Virus record (IMG/VR): IMGVR_UViG_3300033143_002021
Coordinates: 1 to 50,101 of that record
Length of the DNA stretch: 50,101 nt
DNA from: a virus
Lineage: Duplodnaviria; Caudoviricetes
Direction: 5' to 3' (one strand)
The translations under genes were made by a program, and so were the position numbers. Below the pieces are notes generated by a model. The model was not told where the DNA came from. It did not search any database and worked only from the letters and a program-made list of their open reading frames with translations. Of the stretch, positions 41,939 to 49,987 are shown in pieces. The stretch's first letter is position 1, and each line of letters begins with the position of its first letter.

Positions 41939-42442
41939 CTACAATAACACGATCTTCTCGTTAGTAAATCTTCCGGTCTTTTTCCCCGTAAAAGAAACAT
42001 ACAAACATCTTGGTATGTAATCATTACACTCTTTTACCCATCTTGTTGGTGGACAATGCCATTTAAAGTTGGGATTAAGTCTTTCTCTGTTTGGCAAGGC
42101 TTCCGGTGAAAGAAACTTATATTTGTTTAAAGTAATGGCTCTTTTGAGGCTTGAAACAAAGGTTGTCGATATAAGTACATTCTTCAAGTACAAGATTCCT
42201 TTGTGTCCGTTGTTTTTGGCGTATTCTTCAAAGAAGTCTATTGAAGTTCTTTGGCTGTAATCTCCAACTTCAGTCAAGATAACTGACTTACTAGTTCCAT
42301 ACTTTTTGGCGATTTCTAGTCCTTCTCTATTTTCAGTTGTATCTATGATGTAGATGTCATCTCTTTCTGCTATCTGTGGTTGCACCAGAGCCATTGTAAG
42401 GGCAAGTAAGTCGTTTTTTGTATATCTTATGGCAATTAGCAT
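41939..42442 (-). CDS. Degenerate GT-A-fold (GT2-like) protein
   Basis: LTMALVQPQ...DDIYIIDTT...AKNNGHKGILYL resembles a GT2 N-terminus; no DxD motif. Confidence 0.45.
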   Translation of the reverse strand: MLIAIRYTKNDLLALTMALVQPQIAERDDIYIIDTTENREGLEIAKKYGTSKSVILTEVGDYSQRTSIDFFEEYAKNNGHKGILYLKNVLISTTFVSSLKRAITLNKYKFLSPEALPNRERLNPNFKWHCPPTRWVKECNDYIPRCLYVSFTGKKTGRFTNEKIVLL

Positions 42443-42461
42443 AGTTGAGGCTTCTAATTAG

Positions 42462-42526
42462 GCGTATGCCAACCAGACTTGAAAAGCAACCAAATCGGGT
42501 TACAGATGGTTCAGGTTCGCATACGC
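42462..42526 (-). ncRNA. Candidate small structured RNA or leader
   Basis: GCGTATGC/GCATACGC closing stem; 5' end coincides with the predicted +1 of the leftward promoter. Confidence 0.4.
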
Positions 42527-42532
42527 TGTCTA

Positions 42533-42590
42533 ATAATTGCATGGCGTTAGATATTTGTCAATTGACAGAGATATCTGGAGGTGTCATATT
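42533..42590. promoter_or_regulatory. Back-to-back promoters sharing the palindrome TGTCAATTGACA
   Basis: Rightward TTGACA-N17-CATATT; leftward TTGACA-N17-AATTAT. Confidence 0.7.
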
Positions 42591-42678
42591 TAATTATGTC
42601 TGCTCAAATCATTCCCTTGTCAACAACCCTTTCGTCACTTCAAGAGTGGGCATAACGGAGGGGTTGTTGTTTATAAAC

Positions 42679-43296
42679 ATGACTAAAATAAAATATCAGT
42701 TAAGATTTCTACAAATCCCAAAACATATATATCAGGATAGAAGATTAAGTAAAACAGCGATGCTTGTTTATGGTTTTGTCCATACATATACAGCAAAAAA
42801 CTTCTTTTTTAGCAATAAAGCTTTGGCAAAACAATTCTGTTGTGGAGAGCAATCTATACAAAGAGCAGTATCTCAATTAAGAAAATATAAGTATATTAAT
42901 GTAAGGCTAGAAGTTAAAGACAATGGTGGAAAAATGCGGTATATACGGGATAATTTCCCAATAGTCAAAAGTGATTGGTCGGAAACGTCAAAAGTGATTG
43001 GTCGGGATGAGGCTGACGAACAGTCAAAAGTGATTGGTCGTAATGAGGCTACCACCGAGGGGGGGAATGGTAATAAGGAATGTAAATATATTAAAGGGGA
43101 AAAAAGTTCTAATAAGACAAAAACTTCCAAAACTCCAAAGGCTGTTGGTAAAACTAAAATGGGTACTTTATTGAAAAATAGACTAAACAGGCAAGCCAAC
43201 AAAGGTGGGGGATTAAATCAGGGATATTCTCAACCACAAAGAAAGACTTTTAAGAAATATGAGAGAACTGTGGCTGATGGAAGGGGGGTGTATTGA
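42679..43296 (+). CDS. Replication initiator (lambda O/DnaD-like winged HTH)
   Basis: FLQIPKHIYQDRRLSKTAMLVYG...SNKALAKQF..GEQSIQRAVSQL..YKYI; internal iterons; upstream of the helicase. Confidence 0.85.
   Translation: MTKIKYQLRFLQIPKHIYQDRRLSKTAMLVYGFVHTYTAKNFFFSNKALAKQFCCGEQSIQRAVSQLRKYKYINVRLEVKDNGGKMRYIRDNFPIVKSDWSETSKVIGRDEADEQSKVIGRNEATTEGGNGNKECKYIKGEKSSNKTKTSKTPKAVGKTKMGTLLKNRLNRQANKGGGLNQGYSQPQRKTFKKYERTVADGRGVY
42964..43040 (+). repeat. Origin iterons: 3 x GTCAAAAGTGATTGGTCG (42964, 42987, 43023)
   Basis: Three exact 18-bp repeats inside the initiator gene, followed by A-rich DNA. Confidence 0.88.
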
Positions 43297-43608
43297 ATGA
43301 AACCTGAAATAGAAATTTTTGAATGGGTAATTGTTATGAATAAGGGTGAGGAGATCATTTTAACAGAAAATCAATATGAGTTTTATGCCGAGGATCGAAA
43401 GAGAAATCAAGTTATCTTCGATGGTTTTGAGTTCAATCCTGCCTTTGTAGTTCAGGCATACAAAAGACCTGCTGATGAGATTGTAAGAATGTATAGGTGT
43501 CCTGACTGTAATGGTGGAACTATGGTGGCTAAAGGAGACAAGGCTATTATGTGTCCTCTTTGTAAAGGTACTGGTGCTGATTTAAAACTGCTAGGGTATG
43601 TCGAGTAG
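43297..43608 (+). CDS. Zinc-finger protein (CPDCNGG...CPLCKGTG), possible helicase loader
   Basis: DnaJ-type CxxCxGxG motifs; lies between the initiator and helicase. Confidence 0.6.
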   Translation: MKPEIEIFEWVIVMNKGEEIILTENQYEFYAEDRKRNQVIFDGFEFNPAFVVQAYKRPADEIVRMYRCPDCNGGTMVAKGDKAIMCPLCKGTGADLKLLGYVE

Positions 43609-44389
43609 ATTTTCAGAAACATTTAAAAGAATAGAAGAAAACAAGAAGAACCTTGAGTTGCTTCCGACTGGCTTCAAAATGATTGATGCGTATATTGATG
43701 GTGGCTTTTTAAGGAAAGAACTTGTTGTACTTGGTGGTTCTACTGCTTCAGGAAAATCCCTTGTAGGTGGAGAAATGTTCTACAACATAGCTTCTAAAGG
43801 GTTTCATTCTGCTTATTTCTCACTTGAGATTAGTAATGAGATGTTAGTTTCTAGGCTAATTGGTGGTAAGTCTCAAATCAAACCCTCAAAGATATTGATT
43901 GTGGAATTAGAAGGTGAGGAAAAGAAGAAAGTTCTTGATACCAAAGCAAGGTTGTCTGTATATGAAGAATTTATGACCTTTTATGACGATCTTTACAGAT
44001 TGGACCAGATTGAAAAAGAAATCCGAGTAAACAAATATGAGTTTGTTGTAGTAGATTTTATCCAAAACGTCATGGCTAATAAGAGAGATGAGTACGAAAG
44101 AATGTCTTTTGTGGCTCTTTCACTTCAGAAGTTAGCCAAAGAGATGAACTGTTGTATTTTAACCCTTTCTCAGCTTTCTAATACGATGGCTAGGGAGAAG
44201 AAAACAGACATTGTTGAGTATAAGGGTTCTGGTTCTATTGGAATGGTTGCGGATTTAGGCTTCTTTATTGAGAAAACAGATGCTCCTGGTACTTTTCGTA
44301 TCAGATTAAGGAAGAATAGGCGTGGAGTGTCCGGTGAAGTTTTTGGGTTTATGATACAAACTCCTGGTGGCGGTTTAACTGAAGTATGA
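43598..44389 (+). CDS. dnaB: DnaB-like replicative helicase (C-terminal ATPase domain only)
   Basis: PTGF..ID, GGSTASGKS, FSLE, VVDFIQ, LSQL, KGSGSI..VAD, KNRRG. Confidence 0.88.
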   Translation: MSSRFSETFKRIEENKKNLELLPTGFKMIDAYIDGGFLRKELVVLGGSTASGKSLVGGEMFYNIASKGFHSAYFSLEISNEMLVSRLIGGKSQIKPSKILIVELEGEEKKKVLDTKARLSVYEEFMTFYDDLYRLDQIEKEIRVNKYEFVVVDFIQNVMANKRDEYERMSFVALSLQKLAKEMNCCILTLSQLSNTMAREKKTDIVEYKGSGSIGMVADLGFFIEKTDAPGTFRIRLRKNRRGVSGEVFGFMIQTPGGGLTEV

Positions 44390-44640
44390 GAGAAATCAAA
44401 GTCATCGGTGGACTTATAAAAAGACTTACGGATTTGTGCGATGAACATTCGGATATTTTCTTTGACCAATTTCCTCATGTAATGGGTTCTGATAACAAAC
44501 CAATAAGTGATGATGAGGCGGATATCAAAAGAAAACAGTGTCGTTTAGAGATGTCTGCAACTATCGGAATAATTAACTCATTGTTTGTTGAAATATGTGG
44601 TGAAAACAAACCTGAAAAGCAAACATTGTTTGACTCTTGA
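44386..44640 (+). CDS. Hypothetical protein
   Basis: ATGA-coupled ORF. Confidence 0.65.
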   Translation: MREIKVIGGLIKRLTDLCDEHSDIFFDQFPHVMGSDNKPISDDEADIKRKQCRLEMSATIGIINSLFVEICGENKPEKQTLFDS

Positions 44641-44665
44641 CACAAACCTGACGATTTGTTATATT
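44637..44665 (+). promoter_or_regulatory. Sigma70 promoter TTGACA-N17-TATATT, leaderless
   Basis: ATG 5 nt downstream at 44671. Confidence 0.8.
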
Positions 44666-44670
44666 AAGTA

Positions 44671-45321
44671 ATGAGAACCTTGCCAATTGGAGAGAAACTA
44701 CCTTCTATGGGAGACTTCTATTTCTCAGTTAAAGAAAAGGGCGATTCAATAACCTTCAGAATTGGACAAGACCCTGTTTACGAAGGCAAACACTTTGCTC
44801 AAGTAGATGGTAAATGGATTGTTACCGAGTGTCCCCGAATCAATAACCCTGAAGAACAGGAAGAATGTGAGGATTGTAATAAATACTTTAGGTTGATGGG
44901 TGAGTCTAAAAAATTAAAGGAAGTTGACAAAACAAAGTCTCAAGAACTAGCAGAGGAAGCTAGACAATATAGTGCTTCAATTCAGTTTTACTTCCCTGTG
45001 CTTAATAGAGATGAAAAGAAATTCCAGGTACTAAGAACTACAATGGGAGTTAAAAACAAACTTGACGATGCCAAGATCGCTGGTATTAAGACCATGAATG
45101 TTGATTGGGTTCTCACGAATACCGGAAAGACTGGTCGTGATAGGTATTCTTTTGAGAGAAAAGACAGTGCTGATGTTAAAAAGTTTGATGCTAAGGAAAA
45201 GGAAGAATACAAAAAAGCCAAAGATTATGATATGTCTGAAATCTCAAGCAACTTCACCAACAGAGAAGATGAATCCACAGATAAATTAGTTGAGTCTGCT
45301 GAAACGATTTTTGACAAATGA
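44671..45321 (+). CDS. ssb: T4 gp32-like single-stranded DNA-binding protein
   Basis: KHF...CP...CEDC zinc site, FYFPVLNR, TG...RYS, acidic tail. Confidence 0.7.
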   Translation: MRTLPIGEKLPSMGDFYFSVKEKGDSITFRIGQDPVYEGKHFAQVDGKWIVTECPRINNPEEQEECEDCNKYFRLMGESKKLKEVDKTKSQELAEEARQYSASIQFYFPVLNRDEKKFQVLRTTMGVKNKLDDAKIAGIKTMNVDWVLTNTGKTGRDRYSFERKDSADVKKFDAKEKEEYKKAKDYDMSEISSNFTNREDESTDKLVESAETIFDK

Positions 45322-45467
45322 AAGTAAAAGAGATTATAGCTTCCGGTGGCAACTTCTTGTTAGTAGATACTAATGGAAATACTTATGTCATGCAAAAGGT
45401 TTTTGACGAAGGGGCTGAAAGTTTAGCATGGGTGGAAATTAAAGTTGAAAAACCTACAAAAAAATGA
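45318..45467 (+). CDS. 49-aa hypothetical protein
   Basis: Manual translation MKVKEIIASGGNFLLVDTNG...KPTKK*; fills the gap exactly. Confidence 0.6.
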   Translation: MKVKEIIASGGNFLLVDTNGNTYVMQKVFDEGAESLAWVEIKVEKPTKK

Positions 45468-45468
45468 A

Positions 45469-46053
45469 ATGGACCTCGCCAAATATAAGCCACAAGTAAA
45501 ACTTAGTAAGAACTTCACTATTGATAAGAACCTACCTGCAAATGAAAAAGCCTTCCAGGTGTTTGAGAAACTTAAACTCGCCAGACTGTATCAGGATGCC
45601 TTGTTTCTTGTTATTGGAAAATTCCTTAAAATAACCAGGGATGAGAAGCTATACAAATTTTGGGACTTTGACAACTTCGAGGGATTTTTGGCTTGTGAGG
45701 AGTTTTCTTTCTCAAGAGAAAAAGCCTATATGTGTATCAGGGTGTTTGAGTTCTACTCAGAGAAACTCAAGTTAAGTGAGCAACAGATTCAAAAGATTGG
45801 TATTACCAAACTCTCATTGATGTTACCTCTTATTAAGGATATCAAGGATGAGGATGCAATCTTAAAAAAGATAGATGACATGGAGGGTATGAGGTACTCT
45901 GATTTTGTCAGGCAAGTAAAAACTGAAAGGAACATTAAAGGTAAGCCGGAGGTTTACTGGAATGAAGAAACTGAAAAGTTTATAGTTAGTTTCTATGAAG
46001 ATACGACAACTTTACGATCACTTGGTAAATATGAAGAAAAAGAAGATAAGTAA
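45469..46053 (+). CDS. Hypothetical helical DNA-binding protein (DUF3102-like)
   Basis: IGKFLK.RDEKLY....FDNFEGF...FSREKAY..IRVFE...IGITKL. Confidence 0.6.
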   Translation: MDLAKYKPQVKLSKNFTIDKNLPANEKAFQVFEKLKLARLYQDALFLVIGKFLKITRDEKLYKFWDFDNFEGFLACEEFSFSREKAYMCIRVFEFYSEKLKLSEQQIQKIGITKLSLMLPLIKDIKDEDAILKKIDDMEGMRYSDFVRQVKTERNIKGKPEVYWNEETEKFIVSFYEDTTTLRSLGKYEEKEDK

Positions 46054-46864
46054 AGACCTTAAAGAATTTCTTGGTCATGTTGAAGAACAGTTTGGGAAAG
46101 AGGCTTTGGTCATTCCCGAATTAGGGATTACTATTCCCAATGACAAGATTGAAGTTATTTCTACCGGATCACACGCAATAGACACTGCTTTGGGTATTGG
46201 AGGACTTCCCAGAGGTCGAGTTGTTGAGATCCTTGGGAGTGAGGCTTCAGGTAAGACTACACTTGCTCTTTCTGTTATTGGTGAGGCACAAAAGAAAGGC
46301 TTAATGTGTGCTTATATAGATACAGAACAGGCTATCGAGAGAAACAGGACTCAAGATATTGGTGTCAACTTCGATGGTTTGGCTATTTCACAACCCAGTA
46401 ATGCAGAGGAGGCTTTGGACATATTAGAACTTATGGTTGTATCTGGTGCTTTTGGTGTTGTTGTTTTGGATTCAGTCGCTGCACTTGTGCCAAAGGCTGA
46501 AATTGAGGGTGGTATGAGTGATTCGACTATTGGTTTACAAGCTAGATTAATGGGTAAGATTCTAAGAAAGATAACTTCCCCTGTAAGCAAGAACAAAGTC
46601 TTGGTTGTTTTCGTTAATCAGTTGAGACAAAAGATTGGTGGGTACTTCCCAATGATGGTTACTTCAGGTGGTAACGCTTTAAAATATTATGCTTCGGTTC
46701 GTATAGACATGAGGAAAACAGGAATGACAAAGACAAAGATACCCTTGTCAGAACACAAGATAACGATTAAGAAGAACAAATTGGCTATCCCCATGCAGGT
46801 TGTTAAGGTTAGACTCGGTAAACACGGGCTAATGGACATAGAACCGAAAATTAAGGATGAATAA
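46031..46864 (+). CDS. recA: RecA recombinase (lacks the C-terminal domain)
   Basis: ISTGS..IDTALGIGGLPRGRVVEI.G.EASGKTTL, DSVAALVPKAEIEG, GLQARLM, GGNALKYYASVR. Confidence 0.95.
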   Translation: MKKKKISKDLKEFLGHVEEQFGKEALVIPELGITIPNDKIEVISTGSHAIDTALGIGGLPRGRVVEILGSEASGKTTLALSVIGEAQKKGLMCAYIDTEQAIERNRTQDIGVNFDGLAISQPSNAEEALDILELMVVSGAFGVVVLDSVAALVPKAEIEGGMSDSTIGLQARLMGKILRKITSPVSKNKVLVVFVNQLRQKIGGYFPMMVTSGGNALKYYASVRIDMRKTGMTKTKIPLSEHKITIKKNKLAIPMQVVKVRLGKHGLMDIEPKIKDE

Positions 46865-47289
46865 TGAAAAGAAAAAAGAAATCTCCACTTACTTTAGCAA
46901 AAGATAAGGCTTGGAAGGCATTTAGTATCTACATAAGAACCAAAGGATCTATTGGAAATTTGAATACTTGTATTACTTGTAGGAGAATGAAACCAATTAG
47001 TGCTATAGGGGGATTACAAGCCGGTCATTTTGTTCCCGGTAGAACTAATGCAACTTTATTTGACGAAAGAGGAGTTTACCCTCAGTGTTATGGTTGTAAT
47101 GTAGGCAAGAAAAGCAATCCTATTAAGTTTTATAAGTTCATGTTAAAAACTCATGGTCAAAAGGTAATTGATGAATTGGATAGACTCTCAGGAACTACAG
47201 TTAAATATACAGTTCAGGATTACTTGAAAATCGAAAAGAAATACAAAAGGAAGCTAGTCAAATTGACACTTAATCAGACACTGTGTTAA
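46864..47289 (+). CDS. ninG: NinG/Rap-like recombination endonuclease
   Basis: FSIYIR...CITC...QAGHF......FDE....QCYGCN. Confidence 0.85.
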   Translation: MKRKKKSPLTLAKDKAWKAFSIYIRTKGSIGNLNTCITCRRMKPISAIGGLQAGHFVPGRTNATLFDERGVYPQCYGCNVGKKSNPIKFYKFMLKTHGQKVIDELDRLSGTTVKYTVQDYLKIEKKYKRKLVKLTLNQTLC

Positions 47290-47297
47290 ACTCAAGT

Positions 47298-47483
47298 ATG
47301 GGCGATAAAAAACCAGTACCAGAAGCAGTTAGAAAATACTTCTCTGATATGGGAAAAAAGAGTGGTAATGCTTTGAAGGTCATGTCTAAAGAAAAGTATG
47401 GTGATGAAAGTGAATACTTCAGGAGAATCGCGGCGAAACGCAAAAGATTTGGCAGACTTCCGAAAGATAAGGCTTCAAAGTAG
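47298..47483 (+). CDS. Small basic KGG-like protein
   Basis: VRKYFSDMGKKSG...YFRRIAAK; own promoter TTGACA(47263)-N18-TAAACT, 5 nt before the ATG. Confidence 0.7.
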   Translation: MGDKKPVPEAVRKYFSDMGKKSGNALKVMSKEKYGDESEYFRRIAAKRKRFGRLPKDKASK

Positions 47484-47497
47484 GATATACTTAAAGT

Positions 47498-48178
47498 ATG
47501 AACTTTCAGGACCTTGTAAGAACCTTCAAGGGTGAACTTCTTTCTCCAACTGGTGATAATCCCAAGGTTGGGTTTATGAACTTATTGTTTGGTAATAAAG
47601 ATCAAGGAAATACCAATATTCAAAGAAGTCAAGGTGATATAGATGCTTCATTTAGAGAAAAAGGATTGATTAAATTAACAGATCCCAAAACTGGTGAAGA
47701 ATCTTGGTCAAGTCCCGAATCTGCAAAAGGTAACTATTCTCAAGGTTGGGATAATGACACGCCAAGTCCTGGAGTAACTCCACCCCCAGATAAATCAGCA
47801 CTTCCTTATTATCAAGATATAAATAAAGCTACTCAAGAAAATGAATTACCAGAACAAGTCTTGTATAGGATGTTGCGTAATGAATCTATAAATTTCAATC
47901 CTGATGTTATTAGTGGAGCAATTAGTTCTCCAAAAGGAGCGCAAGGTATAGCACAGTTTATGCCAGACACTTCTGCATGGCTTGGAATTGACCCATTAAA
48001 TCCACAAGAGGCGATAGCTGGTAGTGGTAAGTATCTTGCTGATCAGTTAAAGACTTTTGGGGATATTGAGACAGCTTTGGCGGCGTATAATGCCGGTCCA
48101 GGAAATGTTAGGAAATATGGTGGAGTGCCTCCCTTTGATGAAACTGAAAAGTATATCGCTGATATTTTAGGATTTTAG
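47498..48178 (+). CDS. Lytic transglycosylase (SLT)
   Basis: NES.NFNP...SPKGAQGIAQFMP.T, ALAAYNAGPGNV, ETEKY; TATACTTAAA 6 nt before the ATG. Confidence 0.92.
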   Translation: MNFQDLVRTFKGELLSPTGDNPKVGFMNLLFGNKDQGNTNIQRSQGDIDASFREKGLIKLTDPKTGEESWSSPESAKGNYSQGWDNDTPSPGVTPPPDKSALPYYQDINKATQENELPEQVLYRMLRNESINFNPDVISGAISSPKGAQGIAQFMPDTSAWLGIDPLNPQEAIAGSGKYLADQLKTFGDIETALAAYNAGPGNVRKYGGVPPFDETEKYIADILGF

Positions 48179-49374
48179 CTAGTGTCTTTTAACTGATACT
48201 CAAACAGCTTTGCTAAATGGAAACCTTTAGGTCTTGAATCTGTTGTTACATTCCATTTGTTCTCTAGCTTTACAATCTCCATACTCTCAAGAGTTCCAAG
48301 ACTTTTGATGTTATCTACTAGATCATATACGAAACAGGTCTTTTTGTTTTTAGATAGCCTTGTTCCTCTCCCCAAAACTTGACTCCATAGGCGAAGGCTT
48401 CTGGTCGGTCTTAATGAAACAATACAATCTATGTCCGGTACATCAAACCCGATTGAAAAGATATTCACTCCATATAAGATATTGCATTTTCCACTCCTGA
48501 AGTTAGATATAATTTCCTCTCTCTTTTTCTTGGTAGTCTTTGAGGTAACAACTTCTGATTTGTTTGTCATTTTAGACAATACTTCTGCTTGATTGACTGA
48601 TGAGCAGAAAATGAGTTTCTTCTTATGAGGTACTCTCACAATCAAGTCTCTGAAGGATGTGTAATTCTTACATATTCGATTCTCAAAATCTTCTAAGTCA
48701 AACTCTGATTTTGTTTTGTTGGTTTTCAGGTCTTGATGTTTAACTACAGAAACATCCTTGTATGTTAAAGGTACTAAATACTTTTGTTCAACCAATTCAT
48801 TTACATTTACAACATAGATAATTCTGTCCCAAAACTTTGGGTAGTACCTTGAGATGATTTTAGTTGTTGTAATTGCTTTCTGCATCCACTGAAGGTGTCC
48901 CCATCTTTCGTACATTACATCTTGCCTGAAGGGTGTTGCGGTTAAACCAATAACTTTAGGATTGCCGATAGCTTTGAAGAACTTGTTATACATTCCTTTG
49001 GCTTTCTTTGGGTTTACTAGGTCACACTCATCAATTATGGCTACTTCATAGTGAGTAAACAGTTCCGGGTGTTTATGAGCTGATTGTATTGTAGCGATGG
49101 TGAATTTCTTGATAGTCTTTTCGTTCATTGAAGCCGAGAATACTCCGATCTCTTTTCTTTTGACAACCTTTGAGAGTTTATCTAAGTCTTGCTCTAAAAG
49201 TTCCTTTGATGGTACTAGTATAAGTATTGGTTTTTTGTGTTGATCTGCAAAACCGGCAATTACATGGGTCTTGCCGGAGCCTTGTGCCATACTAACCACG
49301 GAGTTTCCTGGCAAAGATAATGACCATAACATTTTGTCTATGGCTTCTTGTTGGTATTCACGAAGATCTTGCAT
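48175..49374 (-). CDS. SF2 DExD/H helicase (UvsW/YejH-like)
   Basis: LREYQ, GSGKT, DECD, TATP, GFDVP, QVLGRGTR. Confidence 0.92.
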   Translation of the reverse strand: MQDLREYQQEAIDKMLWSLSLPGNSVVSMAQGSGKTHVIAGFADQHKKPILILVPSKELLEQDLDKLSKVVKRKEIGVFSASMNEKTIKKFTIATIQSAHKHPELFTHYEVAIIDECDLVNPKKAKGMYNKFFKAIGNPKVIGLTATPFRQDVMYERWGHLQWMQKAITTTKIISRYYPKFWDRIIYVVNVNELVEQKYLVPLTYKDVSVVKHQDLKTNKTKSEFDLEDFENRICKNYTSFRDLIVRVPHKKKLIFCSSVNQAEVLSKMTNKSEVVTSKTTKKKREEIISNFRSGKCNILYGVNIFSIGFDVPDIDCIVSLRPTRSLRLWSQVLGRGTRLSKNKKTCFVYDLVDNIKSLGTLESMEIVKLENKWNVTTDSRPKGFHLAKLFEYQLKDTS

Positions 49375-49449
49375 AAAAAAACACCCCTTCTACCCCCCAC
49401 CCTCCCTTAAAATGCCTCGGCAGTTACAAACAACTGCGTACTCGGGGTT

Positions 49450-49599
49450 TTATCCTCCAGCCCGTGCAGTTGGTGTGTCGTTGTGAGTCGTGCTAGCATT
49501 GTCAACATTACTTTCTTCAGCTTTCGCTGGGCTTGCAAAGCCAACTAATATTATTAGTAAAAGCGTGATAAATAAAAACAACCTTTTTAGTCTACTCAC
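49450..49599 (-). CDS. 49-aa secreted pre-peptide (Sec signal plus 22-aa mature part)
   Basis: Manual translation MSRLKRLFLFITLLLIILVGFASPAKA|EESNVDNASTTHNDTPTARAGG*; GTG start with strong AGGGAGGT RBS. Confidence 0.7.
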   Translation of the reverse strand: MSRLKRLFLFITLLLIILVGFASPAKAEESNVDNASTTHNDTPTARAGG

Positions 49600-49634
49600 G
49601 TTGTAACCACCTCCCTTCTAGTTTTTAATATAAT

Positions 49635-49766
49635 TTAAGAGTCTAGTATCTTTGTAATAACTAAATAAAAGTGTGCAGGTAGTTGTGTTTCCCACTGATG
49701 TACTAGATCACTTATAGCTCTTAACTTAGCTTTATTCTTTGTTCCGTTTTTAAACTTCTTCTTCAT
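49635..49766 (-). CDS. 43-aa hypothetical protein
   Basis: Manual translation MKKKFKNGTKNK...ITKILDS*; ATGA-coupled. Confidence 0.5.
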   Translation of the reverse strand: MKKKFKNGTKNKAKLRAISDLVHQWETQLPAHFYLVITKILDS

Positions 49767-49978
49767 ACTCTCGGTGTTGACCAAAACTTAATCCACTTTT
49801 GTATTTTCTTCTTACGGACATATTCTCTAAAACCCAATCTCCACATCAACCTATCAAAGTAGTTTAGTTTGGCTATGGTTACAATAACTCTTTTGTCCAT
49901 AAACTTGTCTGTAAACCACAAAGCGTTCTTTCTTCTTATTAGTTTGAATTTGTTAGGGTCAAGTTTCATACTTCTCAT
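49763..49978 (-). CDS. Hypothetical basic protein
   Basis: ORF track; fits the minus-strand operon. Confidence 0.6.
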   Translation of the reverse strand: MRSMKLDPNKFKLIRRKNALWFTDKFMDKRVIVTIAKLNYFDRLMWRLGFREYVRKKKIQKWIKFWSTPRV

Positions 49979-49987
49979 GCTTCCTCT

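Noticed and set aside
42462-42526. Canonical tRNA gene
   Set aside because: An acceptor-like stem is present, but there is no proper T-arm, D-arm or anticodon geometry on either strand
42445-42678. N-terminal extension of the replication initiator given in the ORF track
   Set aside because: It overlaps divergent promoters and RNA structures; the recognisable HTH protein starts at ATG 42679
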